A stretch of 63,426 nt of DNA, taken from Bacillota bacterium (GTDB lineage: Bacteria > Bacillota > Limnochordia > DTU087). Location of the stretch: NCBI GenBank assembly GCA_012799135.1, contig JAAZLW010000235.1, positions 1 through 63,426 of the forward strand, read 5' to 3'. Shown piece after piece: positions 50,491-60,436 of the stretch (its first letter is position 1; each line of letters begins with the position of its first letter). The notes beneath the pieces were generated by a model. The model ran no database searches and was not told the origin of the DNA. It worked only from the letters and a program-made list of their open reading frames with translations. Both the position numbers and the translations under genes were made by a program.

Positions 50491-51948
50491 ATGGAGCAGG
50501 GGCCTTTTCGTGTCCATTTTATCGGCATCGGCGGTATTGGGATGAGTGGAATCGCCAGGATTCTGTTAGAGATGGGGTGGCCGGTATCTGGCTCTGATCT
50601 TGTTGCCTCTGAAAAGACAGAGTCCTTGGCAGCAGTTGGAGTTGTCGTATCCATAGGTCATCGAGCGGAAAATGTGGTAGGTGCAAAGCTGGTCGTCGTT
50701 TCCTCGGCTGTTCCTTCAGATAACTGCGAAATCCAATTTGCCCGCCTGAGTAGAATTCCTGTGGTGACTCGGGCCCAGATGCTGGGATGCCTTATGCGGG
50801 ATCGATACGGCATTGCTGTTGCCGGCACCCATGGCAAGACAACTACAACTTCTATGTTATCTCTGGTCTTGGAGAAATTAGGATGTGACCCTAGCGTGGT
50901 TGTGGGGGGAGAAGTCTTCGACATTGGAGGCAATGGAAAACTCGGTCGGGGACCCCACCTAGTGGTGGAAGCGGACGAAAGCGATGGCTCTCTTCTAGCC
51001 CTACCGGCCCGGATTGCAGTAATTACCAATATCGAGGCTGATCACCTGGATCACTATCCTGACCTAGACGCTATCCGGGCTGTGTTCCTAAATTTTATGC
51101 GTCAAGTTCCCTCATATGGAACAGTGGTTACCTGTGCTGATGATCAGGGTTTGGCCAAGCTCACTACCCAACTCACTTGTCGTCATGTCGACTATGGGCT
51201 GCAAAACGGCGGCCTTTGGCAAGGAAAGGAGCTGGAGTTTTCCCCCTTTGGTTCTCAAAGCACGATTTGGCGGGGCAAAGAGAAACTGGGTTACCTGCGA
51301 TTGCAGGTTCCAGGTAGCCATAACGTTGCCAATGCCTTAGCCGTGTTGGCAGTAGCCGCTGAGCTAAGTCTATCGGTTAGTGATGCGATATCTATACTGG
51401 GGGAGTTTAGGGGTGTTGCCCGGCGGTTTGAACGAATTGGTGAAAGCAAAGACGTCTTGGTCATCGACGATTATGCCCACCATCCAACTGAGGTCAAGGC
51501 AACCTTAGCAGCAGCTCGGCATCTGCAAAGAAGAATAGTAGCCGTTTTTCAACCTCATCGTTATTCTCGGGTGGCTCGGCTACTAGAGGATTTTGCCTCC
51601 TGCTTCTTTGATGCCGATCAGCTGATCCTCACTGATATTTATCCTGCCGGTGAAAAACCCATCACAGGTATCTCTGGAGCAGTCTTGGCTGAGGCCGTTG
51701 CGGAAGCAGGGTACACCAACGTTACGTACATACCCGATAAGCGAGACATACCTGGCTTTCTTTCCCGGTCGGTGCTCCAGGGAGATGTGGTGTTGACCTT
51801 GGGGGCTGGCAACATCCGGGATGTCGGCGTGAGTTTTCTTAGGCAACAAGAAGAGTGGGTGGTGTCAAGATGCCAAGAATACGAATCGATGGCCATAGGC
51901 AGCTGCGAGGCTTTATTCCCATTAGCGGAGCAAAAAACGCAGTCTTGA
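50491..51948 (+). CDS. murC: UDP-N-acetylmuramate--L-alanine ligase
   Basis: HFIGIGGIGMSG, AVAGTHGKTTTTSM, EADESDGS, DDYAHHPTE. The 3' end overlaps murA by 79 nt. Confidence 0.95.
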   Translation: MEQGPFRVHFIGIGGIGMSGIARILLEMGWPVSGSDLVASEKTESLAAVGVVVSIGHRAENVVGAKLVVVSSAVPSDNCEIQFARLSRIPVVTRAQMLGCLMRDRYGIAVAGTHGKTTTTSMLSLVLEKLGCDPSVVVGGEVFDIGGNGKLGRGPHLVVEADESDGSLLALPARIAVITNIEADHLDHYPDLDAIRAVFLNFMRQVPSYGTVVTCADDQGLAKLTTQLTCRHVDYGLQNGGLWQGKELEFSPFGSQSTIWRGKEKLGYLRLQVPGSHNVANALAVLAVAAELSLSVSDAISILGEFRGVARRFERIGESKDVLVIDDYAHHPTEVKATLAAARHLQRRIVAVFQPHRYSRVARLLEDFASCFFDADQLILTDIYPAGEKPITGISGAVLAEAVAEAGYTNVTYIPDKRDIPGFLSRSVLQGDVVLTLGAGNIRDVGVSFLRQQEEWVVSRCQEYESMAIGSCEALFPLAEQKTQS

Positions 51949-53123
51949 AGTTGATGGCAGCGGCTCTGATGGCCTCCGGGGAGTCTGTTATCCACAATGT
52001 ACCTCACATACAGGATGTCGTCACGATGATTGAGCTCTTAGGGACTCTCGGTGTTGGTGTTGAGTTCAATGCTAATACCCTGCGGCTATCGGTGGGCGAA
52101 GAAATTGGGGAAGAGGCGCCTCATGAATTGGTGCGCAAGATGAGGGCCTCTATCCAGGTGATGGGCCCACTTCTGGGTCGGTTGGGACGTGTACGGGTTT
52201 CATTGCCCGGGGGCTGTGCTATTGGAGAACGGCCCATTGACTTTCATCTGAAGGGGCTCAGGCAGTTGGGGGCCAAAATTTGGGAAGAGCACGGATATAT
52301 ATATGCAGAGACGGATCGCCTGAAGGGTGTTGACATACAACTCGATTACCCCAGTGTCGGTGCTACCGAGAACTTGATGATGGCCGCTACTTTAGCCCAG
52401 GGGACTACCCAGATTCGCAATGCGGCCAGGGAACCCGAGATTATCGAGACTCAAAACTTCCTTAACCAGATGGGGGCTCGGATCCGGGGAGCCGGTACCG
52501 ACGTAATTCGAATCGATGGGGTTGAAGGCTTGCATCCAGCAGAGCATACCACTATACCTGATCGGATCGAGGTGGGAACCTATTTGGTAGCTGCAGCCAT
52601 GGCCGGTGGCAAGGTAACGCTACACTCGGTGATCCCGCAACATGTGGCCAGCTTGATTGCCAAATTAAGAGAAACAGGGGTTGACATAGCGGTTGACGAA
52701 GATAGAGTCACCGTTCACTCTAATGGCAGATACCGGGCGGTGAATTTTCAGTCACTACCATACCCGGGGTTTCCCACGGACCTATTGCCCCAGGTGATGG
52801 CGATGATGGCCTTAGCGGAGGGCACAAGTGTGATTCGAGAGACGGTATATACCAATCGATATAAGCATGTTGGCGAATTAGTCCGTATGGGTGCCAACAT
52901 CATAGTAGCTGATCGGACTGCTGTTGTTCAGGGAGTAGTTCACTTGACCGGTGCGGAAGTTTTGGTACCGGATCTGCGTGCAGGGGCAGCTTTGGTGCTA
53001 GCAGCTCTGGTAGCAGATGGTACAACCATAATAGATGATGATGATGGCCATCTGGGCCGGGGCTATGATGATCTCGTCGGCAAACTGCAGGCAGTCGGGG
53101 CCGATATGTTCTATGTTGATTAG
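51870..53123 (+). CDS. murA: UDP-N-acetylglucosamine 1-carboxyvinyltransferase
   Basis: ATG 51870 after [24 protein letters not shown], active-site Cys in [13 protein letters not shown], and a C-terminal [13 protein letters not shown]. Confidence 0.95.
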   Translation: MPRIRIDGHRQLRGFIPISGAKNAVLKLMAAALMASGESVIHNVPHIQDVVTMIELLGTLGVGVEFNANTLRLSVGEEIGEEAPHELVRKMRASIQVMGPLLGRLGRVRVSLPGGCAIGERPIDFHLKGLRQLGAKIWEEHGYIYAETDRLKGVDIQLDYPSVGATENLMMAATLAQGTTQIRNAAREPEIIETQNFLNQMGARIRGAGTDVIRIDGVEGLHPAEHTTIPDRIEVGTYLVAAAMAGGKVTLHSVIPQHVASLIAKLRETGVDIAVDEDRVTVHSNGRYRAVNFQSLPYPGFPTDLLPQVMAMMALAEGTSVIRETVYTNRYKHVGELVRMGANIIVADRTAVVQGVVHLTGAEVLVPDLRAGAALVLAALVADGTTIIDDDDGHLGRGYDDLVGKLQAVGADMFYVD

Positions 53124-53217
53124 CCAGGGGTGGCTTCTGAGAAGTGATAATTTTTCCCATTCATTCTGCAAAGCTATGCTATAATTAGGGCATGAGGCAG
53201 TAAAAGGGGGAGGCCGA

Positions 53218-53934
53218 ATGACTAAGCGGCGGGGCAACTACTCGTTAAGTATTTCAATAGTCGTCTTACTCTTGGTTCTGGGCCTCTATGGGTTTCTCCA
53301 GTCTCCTTTCTTCACGGTGGAGAGTATTCAGGCTAATGGCTCTAGCTATACAGTGGAGACACTGGCTGAACTTGCCGGGATTGAAAAGGGGACAAGCCTT
53401 TTTAGACTGGATATAGACATGGTTATGCGACGCCTGGAGCAAGAACCGATCATTTCGAGGGCAATCGTTCGGCGCCACTTGCCAGATACGGTATACATAG
53501 AGGTGGAAGAGCGTACGCCGATCGCTATGGTACCATACGGGTCTGGGTTCTGGGGAGTGGCTGTTGATGGAACTGTTCTAGGTAGGGTGGATGTGAGTGG
53601 CATCAGTCTGCCGATCATCAGCGGTGTAGACAGCCAGAACTTGGTTGTGGGTAGCACTAATGTGAGTGAATTGGTGATGGCCAGCACCATAGTCGATGGC
53701 CTGCCGAAGGTGGTAAGGAATAGCATCTCGGAAGTAAATGTGAAGAACCGAGATGGACTGAAACTAATCAGTCGCAACCTGGTGGAGTTTCAACTGGGGG
53801 GGCCAGGGAGCTTAGCTGAAAAACTTGAGGTGGTCTCTGCGTTCTTGCCCCGTTTGGACTCAGTACCGTCCCCGGCGTATACGGTGGTGGATGTATCTAA
53901 TCCCAAACGGCCTGTAGTTCGAAAACTGCGATAG
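53218..53934 (+). CDS. ftsQ: cell division protein FtsQ/DivIB
   Basis: N-terminal TM segment, POTRA domain (FTVESIQANGSSYTVETLAELAGI...), and position upstream of ftsA-ftsZ. Confidence 0.85.
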   Translation: MTKRRGNYSLSISIVVLLLVLGLYGFLQSPFFTVESIQANGSSYTVETLAELAGIEKGTSLFRLDIDMVMRRLEQEPIISRAIVRRHLPDTVYIEVEERTPIAMVPYGSGFWGVAVDGTVLGRVDVSGISLPIISGVDSQNLVVGSTNVSELVMASTIVDGLPKVVRNSISEVNVKNRDGLKLISRNLVEFQLGGPGSLAEKLEVVSAFLPRLDSVPSPAYTVVDVSNPKRPVVRKLR

Positions 53935-54050
53935 CCGAGGGAAATCTTTCGGGTCAAAGAGGGAATCTAGCTAGCTTGTGGAATTAGGAAGCAAAGGTAA
54001 AACTGCTCCTGTACAAATGAAGGGGCCTAAAAAAGCTAAGGTGAGAATGA

Positions 54051-55286
54051 TTGGGAGTGACGGACTTAGCAGAGGAACATTTGGTGGCGAGCCTAGACAT
54101 AGGTACGTCCAAAGTGGCCATAGTCATAGCTGAAATGAACTCTTTTGGCGTACAAAGGATTATTGGGATAGGCACCGGTTTTCACAACGGTTTACACCGA
54201 GGAATAGTCAGTGATGTCGATGGGGTTCGGAAGGCTGTGATGGAGGCTGTCATAAAGGCGGAGAGGATGGCGCAGGTGGTCTTGCCTCCCGTAGTGGTAG
54301 GGATACCAGGCAGTTTCTGTTCATCCTTCGCTGCCAGTGGTGCTATAACGATTACCAGATCTAATCATCAAGTTCAATCGGAAGATGTCGAGAGAGTCTT
54401 AGGTGCAGCTGAAGCTGTAGCGATTCCACCGGGACGGCGGGTAATCCATAGGTTTGTGCGTGCTTTTCGGTTGGATGGTCAGCATCTGGAAGGACAACCA
54501 CTGGGTTTGGTAGGACGGCGTTTAGAGGTGGATGTTCAATTTGTCACCGCAGCTTTGGCACCTCTGGAGGGACTCATTGACTGTATTGAGCAAGCGGGTG
54601 TGAAGATCGGGGAAGTAATAGTACAGTGCCTGGCCATATCCGACATGGTGCTGGCTCCCAGCCATAGGAAGTTGGGAGTCGTTTTGGTTGACCTAGGAGC
54701 AGGGCTCACCGATGTGGTGGTGTTTCGCAAGGGTCATTTGCAGCACATGGCTTGTCTGCCCATTGGTACCGACAGCCTGGTCCGGGACCTTATTATTGGC
54801 CTGAAGGTTTCCCCGGTGGAAGCCGAGGGCTTAGTGCGGGAACTAGGGTGTAATCCGGATCCCGAGCGCTTTGCTGGTTTCTGGGAAGGTTGCCAAGGCG
54901 ATAGCGATATACAGATTCAATTACTAGATCAATATAACGAAATTCTTATGGCCAGGGCAGAGGAGATCTGGCAGCTAGTGAGAAGTCAGGTGGCGAAGGT
55001 AGGTGGTGTCAACCTGCAGGCAGGAGTGAAGATGGTGGGCGGGGGAGTGCTGGTCCCCGGATTGGCTGACCTGGGATCGAGGATTCTCCATCTACCGGTG
55101 GATGCAATAGTGCCGGTGGAAATGGAAGATCTGCCCGAAGCTGGCCGAAACCCTGCCTATGCAGCAGCAGTGGGATTAGTTCGACACAGAACTGTACCGC
55201 TGTTAGCACTACCGGAGGCTCATAAAAGCATACCCGCGTCTTGGGCTGTTCTGTGGCAAAAGGTACGTGATTGGCTCAAATTCTAG
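54051..55286 (+). CDS. ftsA: cell division protein FtsA
   Basis: Actin-like ATPase motifs (SLDIGTSKVAIVIAE, VLVDLGAGLTDVVVF, VGGGVLVPGLADL). TTG start. Directly upstream of ftsZ. Confidence 0.9.
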   Translation: MGVTDLAEEHLVASLDIGTSKVAIVIAEMNSFGVQRIIGIGTGFHNGLHRGIVSDVDGVRKAVMEAVIKAERMAQVVLPPVVVGIPGSFCSSFAASGAITITRSNHQVQSEDVERVLGAAEAVAIPPGRRVIHRFVRAFRLDGQHLEGQPLGLVGRRLEVDVQFVTAALAPLEGLIDCIEQAGVKIGEVIVQCLAISDMVLAPSHRKLGVVLVDLGAGLTDVVVFRKGHLQHMACLPIGTDSLVRDLIIGLKVSPVEAEGLVRELGCNPDPERFAGFWEGCQGDSDIQIQLLDQYNEILMARAEEIWQLVRSQVAKVGGVNLQAGVKMVGGGVLVPGLADLGSRILHLPVDAIVPVEMEDLPEAGRNPAYAAAVGLVRHRTVPLLALPEAHKSIPASWAVLWQKVRDWLKF

Positions 55287-55331
55287 CAAGAGATATGCCG
55301 GTGGGTTCCGGTTCTTGGGAGGTAAAGGGAC

Positions 55332-56396
55332 ATGTTCGAATTCGATACGCAAGCTGGACAGTTTGCCAACATAAAGGTGGTTGGAGTTGGTGGGGGTGGT
55401 AGCAATGCGGTGAATCGGATGATCGATGCGGAACTGCAGGGTGTGCAGTTTATTGCTTTGAATACTGATGCCCAGGCTCTACTGCTATCGAACGCCAGCC
55501 ACAAAATCCAGATGGGCGAGAAACTGACCAGGGGTCTGGGAGCAGGATCCAACCCCGACATTGGCCAAAAGGCAGCAGAAGAGAGCCGGGATGAGATCAA
55601 GGCCCTTCTGGAAGGCGCGGATATGATCTTCATTACCGCCGGGATGGGTGGTGGAACGGGCACCGGCGGAGCGCCGATAGTGGCGGAAATAGCGCGAGAG
55701 GTTGCGGCTTTAACGGTGGGAGTGGTAACCAAGCCTTTTAGTTTTGAGGGTAGACGCCGAATGAAACAAGCGGAAGCAGGGACCGCGGCACTCAAAGATA
55801 AAGTCGATACGTTAATCACCATCCCCAATGATCGATTACTACAAGTGGCAGAGAAGAAGACTTCTATTGTCGAGGCCTTTCGCATGGCCGACGATGTACT
55901 CCTCCATGGAGTACAAGGAATATCCAATCTGATCACGGTTCCTGGCCTGATCAATCTCGATTTTGCCGATGTCAGGACAATCATGACTGATGCCGGCTCT
56001 GCCTTAATGGGTCTAGGTTATGCTACCGGTGAAAATCGAGCGGCTAAGGCGGCCACCATGGCCATCTCCAGCCCTTTGCTGGAGGCTTCCATTGAGGGCG
56101 CTAAGGGGATTTTGCTGAGTATAACCGGTAACTCTTCCTTAGGGCTATTTGAAGTCAATGAAGCTGCAGAGCTGATCGCTGCAGCAGCAGATCCTGATGC
56201 CAATATTATCTTTGGAGCGGTCATCGACGAAGCACTGAAAGAGGAACTGCGGGTAACTGTTATTGCCACTGGTTTCGGGGACCGTACTCAAACCAGACCG
56301 GAGCAGGTCAATCGCCAGAGTATTAAAGATGAGTTTGATATCAAACCTTTTGCCACCGATGATTTGGACATACCGGCTTTCTTACGTCGAAAATAG
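55332..56396 (+). CDS. ftsZ: cell division protein FtsZ
   Basis: [17 protein letters not shown], tubulin signature [19 protein letters not shown], and a C-terminal DIPAFLRRK peptide. Confidence 0.98.
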   Translation: MFEFDTQAGQFANIKVVGVGGGGSNAVNRMIDAELQGVQFIALNTDAQALLLSNASHKIQMGEKLTRGLGAGSNPDIGQKAAEESRDEIKALLEGADMIFITAGMGGGTGTGGAPIVAEIAREVAALTVGVVTKPFSFEGRRRMKQAEAGTAALKDKVDTLITIPNDRLLQVAEKKTSIVEAFRMADDVLLHGVQGISNLITVPGLINLDFADVRTIMTDAGSALMGLGYATGENRAAKAATMAISSPLLEASIEGAKGILLSITGNSSLGLFEVNEAAELIAAAADPDANIIFGAVIDEALKEELRVTVIATGFGDRTQTRPEQVNRQSIKDEFDIKPFATDDLDIPAFLRRK

Positions 56397-56418
56397 GGTT
56401 GGGGGCGGGGGACTGATC

Positions 56419-57147
56419 TCACTCTAGCCTTTTGATCTCCCGCCTCAGTTTTTTCAAGATACGCTTTTCCAGGCGTGAAATATAAGACTGGGATATGCCT
56501 AAGCAGTCCGCAACTTCTTTTTGGGTTTTCTCCTCACCATCCTCCAGCCCAAACCTGAGTTTCATGATCCTTGTTTCCCGGGGGCTTAGCCGTTTTAGGG
56601 CACCCACCAATAGTGCCCGGTCAACTTCCTCCTCAATCCCTTTACTGACATTGCTTTCGACACCCAGTATATCGATCCAGCCAATCTCATTTCCATCATA
56701 ATCGGTATGGAGGGGTTCCTCCAAAGAAACTTCCACCCGTGTTTTACTGTTCCGCCGCAAAAACATGCGGATTTCGTTATCTATACACTTAGAAGCATAG
56801 GTAGCTAATTTGACATTCCGGCCCGGATCAAAGGTATTCACAGCCTTAATTAAGCCGATGGTTCCAATTGAGACCAGGTCCTCGATGCCAACTCCGGAGC
56901 TTTCGAACTTACGAGCAATATATACAACCAGTCGGAGGTTACGTTCGATCAAGGTATTTCTAACTGCACTATCTCCAGAGCCGAGCCGTTGTAGTAATCG
57001 GCTTTCTTCTTCTGCTTCTAAGGGTGGAGGCAATACTTCATTACTGCCTATATAGTGTACAGCCGGTGGCTTCAACCCGACTCTCTGGCAGAGGCGAAAA
57101 GCCATCATCCGCAAACTCAGTGAGATACGGAGCCATTTTCGTTTCAC
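56419..57147 (-). CDS. sigE: sporulation sigma factor SigE (pro-sigma-E)
   Basis: Pro-sequence followed by VHYIGSNEVLPPPL, LIERNLRLVVYIARKFE, SIGTIGLIKAVNTF, KLATYASKCIDNEI and GISQSYISRLEKRILKKLR. Co-linear with B. subtilis SigE as I recall it. 4-nt overlap with spoIIGA. Confidence 0.93.
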   Translation of the reverse strand: MKRKWLRISLSLRMMAFRLCQRVGLKPPAVHYIGSNEVLPPPLEAEEESRLLQRLGSGDSAVRNTLIERNLRLVVYIARKFESSGVGIEDLVSIGTIGLIKAVNTFDPGRNVKLATYASKCIDNEIRMFLRRNSKTRVEVSLEEPLHTDYDGNEIGWIDILGVESNVSKGIEEEVDRALLVGALKRLSPRETRIMKLRFGLEDGEEKTQKEVADCLGISQSYISRLEKRILKKLRREIKRLE

Positions 57148-58115
57148 TGCCGCTCTCCTCCCAAGGTCGCCGGGGTGACAACCGGTGATGCGGAAATAGT
57201 CGCTAAGGTGCCTTGCAAGATAACAGGCGGTATAAGTGCTTGGTATTCGCCGGCTGCATCGAGCTGGTGATCACAGATCGCAACAATGGCGTCACTAGCC
57301 GGAACGGTTTGCCCCGAGATCTCCAGTGTTACTCTATCTGGTCGAAATCCAACAAGTATGCCGTTCTTCTTTCCCAAAGAAGTATATGGGATGATCCGAA
57401 AACGGCTAGACCATTGCGATGTTGCCAGAAGCTGCGTAAGAGCCTGCTCATTTCCGGCCTCCAGTTGATGGATACTCCCGGCCAAGTCCGCTGGAAGTAG
57501 CTTGGTCAATAGGTCCTGCTCCAAGACAATGACAGGCACACCCGTCAGAGGGTCAGTCAAATGGTTACCTGTATCGATCAGTCCAATCACCCTGATCGCG
57601 GCGGAACCAAAATGGATGTTCACCGGGAATTGATAGATCTGTCTTAGCATTCTGTGTTGCACAACTCCCCAGCCTAGTTCAGCAATGATTAGAATCCCGG
57701 CTATGGCCACCAATAGCCCTAGAATGGCATTCGGTTGTGTAGGTGTACCCAGAAGGTAAGCAGCTGCCAGGCCGGCCCCGCCGGCTCCAAAACCAATACC
57801 GAGAAAATGCAAGAGCAGCCTACCTAGTTGGCGGGATGACACTGGATAAAAGGCAATCACCAGCATAATGATGGTGACCAGTAATATAGTAGGTATGAAA
57901 CGCAACAGCCCATAGTAGGGAACAATCCGCATGCTGGCTAGATACAGTAAGAGAAAGTGACTAGTTCCGATAAACGCCCCCAAGCAAAGGCGTTGCCAAG
58001 TGGTTTTGGCCAGAGTAACAGCAGCGGTAGCCCATAACAAGAGGTAGTCACAGGCGAAATTGGCCGCCAGATAAAGCAAGAGGACGTCCACGTACACTAC
58101 GTAATCAAACCCCAT
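57144..58115 (-). CDS. spoIIGA: sigma-E processing peptidase SpoIIGA
   Basis: Five N-terminal TM helices and a C-terminal aspartic protease motif LIDTGNHLTDPLTG. ATG 58115 lies 6 nt after AGGTGAGGTG. The track ORF starts at GTG 58124. Confidence 0.9.
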   Translation of the reverse strand: MGFDYVVYVDVLLLYLAANFACDYLLLWATAAVTLAKTTWQRLCLGAFIGTSHFLLLYLASMRIVPYYGLLRFIPTILLVTIIMLVIAFYPVSSRQLGRLLLHFLGIGFGAGGAGLAAAYLLGTPTQPNAILGLLVAIAGILIIAELGWGVVQHRMLRQIYQFPVNIHFGSAAIRVIGLIDTGNHLTDPLTGVPVIVLEQDLLTKLLPADLAGSIHQLEAGNEQALTQLLATSQWSSRFRIIPYTSLGKKNGILVGFRPDRVTLEISGQTVPASDAIVAICDHQLDAAGEYQALIPPVILQGTLATISASPVVTPATLGGERQ

Positions 58116-58212
58116 TTGCTTCACCTCACCTGTTGGCCTTCTGCTCTATATTACATAGCAGAATTGCCAGTTCCTTCTGTATTGAGATAAATCGCAATAC
58201 GCACTTCCTGCG

Positions 58213-58242
58213 GAATAAAGCAATACACCGAAGGCAATACTG
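58213..58242 (+). promoter_or_regulatory. putative forespore (sigma-F/sigma-G type) promoter of sigG
   Basis: GAATA (58213-58217), 15-nt spacer, GGCAATACTG (58233-58242). This resembles the G(C/T)ATA - N15 - GGnnAnAnT consensus used by sigma-F. It lies about 40 nt upstream of the sigG start. Confidence 0.4.
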
Positions 58243-58280
58243 AATTATACAGACGGCTGACAGTATGGGGGGAGAACGAT

Positions 58281-59078
58281 TTGAACAAAGTCGAGATCTG
58301 TGGTGTGAACACATCAAAACTGCCAGTCCTTTCCAACGAAAAAATGAGGGAATTGCTAAGGGCCATGCAGGATGGCGATGAGTCTGCTCGTAAGCAGCTT
58401 ATTCAGGGCAATCTCAGATTAGTCCTAAGCGTCATTCAAAGGTTTAACAACCGGGGCGAACCTGTCGATGATTTGTTTCAAGTAGGATGTATTGGCTTGA
58501 TGAAAGCCATAGATAACTTTGATCTCAGTCAAAACGTTAAATTCTCTACCTATGCAGTTCCCATGATTATAGGAGAGATTCGGCGCTACCTGAGGGATAA
58601 TAACCCCATCCGAGTTTCCCGTTCGCTAAGGGATACGGCTTACCGCGCACTGCAGGTTAGGGATTCTCTGGTAGCCAAGCATTCCCGGGAACCCACCATC
58701 GGTCAGATCGCTGCAGCATTGAAGATGCCTCGGGAAGACATCGTGTATGCACTCGACGCTATTCAGGAACCGGTTTCACTCTTCGAACCCATCTACCATG
58801 ATGGGGGCGACCCCATTTTTGTCATGGATCAGATTAGTGACGAGAAGAACGAAGACACTAACTGGCTGGAAGGTATTTCTATTCGAGAGGCCATGAGCAA
58901 ACTTGGGGAACGAGAGAGGCTGATTCTGAATATGAGGTTCTTTGATGGGCGAACTCAGATGGAGGTAGCGGATGAAATCGGTATCTCACAAGCCCAGGTA
59001 TCCCGCCTGGAGAAGGCTGCCTTGAAGCATCTGCGCCGACACATGACGGTCCATGAAGCGGAATCCATTAACCAATGA
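58281..59078 (+). CDS. sigG: sporulation sigma factor SigG
   Basis: TTG start. NKVEICGVNTSKLPVLSNEKMRELL, GNLRLVLSVIQRFNNRGE, FQVGCIGLMKAIDNFD, FSTYAVPMIIGEIRRYLRDN, GISQAQVSRLEKAALKHLR. Confidence 0.92.
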   Translation: MNKVEICGVNTSKLPVLSNEKMRELLRAMQDGDESARKQLIQGNLRLVLSVIQRFNNRGEPVDDLFQVGCIGLMKAIDNFDLSQNVKFSTYAVPMIIGEIRRYLRDNNPIRVSRSLRDTAYRALQVRDSLVAKHSREPTIGQIAAALKMPREDIVYALDAIQEPVSLFEPIYHDGGDPIFVMDQISDEKNEDTNWLEGISIREAMSKLGERERLILNMRFFDGRTQMEVADEIGISQAQVSRLEKAALKHLRRHMTVHEAESINQ

Positions 59079-59127
59079 TCGTCCAGGCAGGCGTGCAGCA
59101 AGCTAGTTACTGCAGGAGGTGGCATAG

Positions 59128-59853
59128 ATGATAACAAGAACACTGCATGGTCGTTTACTTGTTTCTGGTATCATACTGGCGGTAGTAATGCTCTTTGGTT
59201 TGGGTGCACAAATGGCCGGTAATGTACTGCCAGTGGAAGAAGCGTATAACACCGAGAGTCTCATACGGTTACATATTCTGGCCAATAGTGACTTGCCTGA
59301 CGATCAGGACCTGAAGCTGCAGGTGCGGGATGCTGTCATTGCGGAAACGAACGCGCTCTTTGCTGGGATTACCACCAGAGCTCAGGCCTGGCAGCAACTC
59401 AGCATCCATAAAGATGCGGTACGCATAGTTGCGCAGGATGTTGTTGATCGATCGGGGAAAGGGTATCCGGTAGAAGTCAAGTTGGGTAACTATGATTTCC
59501 CTGAGAAAACCTATGGATCTCTCACCGTACCGGCTGGAGAATACCAGGCTATGCAAGTCATCATCGGGCAGGGCAAAGGCAAGAATTGGTGGTGTGTGCT
59601 CTTCCCTCCTCTTTGCTTCATGGAAGGATTAGGGACAGACTCAGCCATCGTCAGGCGAGATTCAATTGAGCAAAATGACAGCGGTGATCAGGACCAGACA
59701 CAGCAGCAGGTCGTGGTAGAGTGGCGCTTCAAATACCTGGATAGCCTGTACCGGGAGTATAGTCAGAAACTAGCAGTTCTAGTCAGCTCTCCTTGGGGAA
59801 GGCGTCTGCTTTCTACTGCACAACTACCATCCCAGGTGTTGTTGCGGCATTGA
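59128..59853 (+). CDS. spoIIR: stage II sporulation protein R
   Basis: Signal/TM segment, LIRLHILANSD...DQDLKLQVRDAV, NWWCVLFPPLCF. Confidence 0.9.
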   Translation: MITRTLHGRLLVSGIILAVVMLFGLGAQMAGNVLPVEEAYNTESLIRLHILANSDLPDDQDLKLQVRDAVIAETNALFAGITTRAQAWQQLSIHKDAVRIVAQDVVDRSGKGYPVEVKLGNYDFPEKTYGSLTVPAGEYQAMQVIIGQGKGKNWWCVLFPPLCFMEGLGTDSAIVRRDSIEQNDSGDQDQTQQQVVVEWRFKYLDSLYREYSQKLAVLVSSPWGRRLLSTAQLPSQVLLRH

Positions 59854-59984
59854 CAATTATTCCCTGGATTTCGGGCCAAACCTAAGGTGAGCAAACCCTT
59901 GGGGTTGGCACAGTGACGGGTGAACAGTACATTTGCCCCTACCGGCACATATAATAGTGGTAGGTTACGCCGGGGGGTGAGGGT

Positions 59985-60248
59985 ATGCTGGTCAAGACAT
60001 CGGAGCTTTGGATCCTCGATGTAGTCAACACTGTAGATGGTCAAAGACTGGGGAACATTACCGATCTTGATATTGACCTGACTACCGGCAGAATCAATGC
60101 ACTTATTCTTACTGAGTCCAGTGGTTTGTTGGGTCTGTTTAGGCGAGGTCATGATATAGTCATTCCCTGGGAAAAGGTAGTTCTTATTGGTATCGATGTA
60201 ATACTGGTAGAGATGGTTTCCTTGCGGGAGCCCAAGCGAGGGCGTTGA
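59985..60248 (+). CDS. YlmC/YmxH family sporulation protein (PRC barrel)
   Basis: 87 aa: SELWILDVVNTVDGQRLGNITDLDIDLTTGRINALIL...HDIVIPWEKVVLIGIDVILV. Confidence 0.85.
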   Translation: MLVKTSELWILDVVNTVDGQRLGNITDLDIDLTTGRINALILTESSGLLGLFRRGHDIVIPWEKVVLIGIDVILVEMVSLREPKRGR

Positions 60249-60292
60249 TCGAAAGAGTCCCCGGCACTAATGGTCGGGGACTTGCTGATTTG

Positions 60293-60436
60293 CTAGTCTT
60301 CTAGGGGTTCGAAGTCCTCTTTCCCCACTCCACATAAAGGGCAGATCCAATCATCTGGGAGATCTTCGAAGGCGATGCCTCCTTCTTCGTAGGGGTCGTA
60401 GACATACCCACAGACAGTGCACTCCCATTTTTCCAT
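60293..60436 (-). CDS. rub: rubredoxin (47 aa)
   Basis: ATG 60436 lies 9 nt after AAGGAGG. The translation [47 protein letters not shown] has canonical CxxCG...CPxCG motifs and ends at TAG 60295-60293. It is below the track cut-off; the track instead lists an overlapping wrong-frame ORF at 60301-60501. Confidence 0.9.
   Translation of the reverse strand: MEKWECTVCGYVYDPYEEGGIAFEDLPDDWICPLCGVGKEDFEPLED

Noticed and set aside
55283-55984. 233-aa minus-strand ORF
   Set aside because: It is fully antisense to ftsZ. This is a typical long shadow ORF in GC-rich coding sequence, with an Ala/Ser/Pro/Arg-rich translation.
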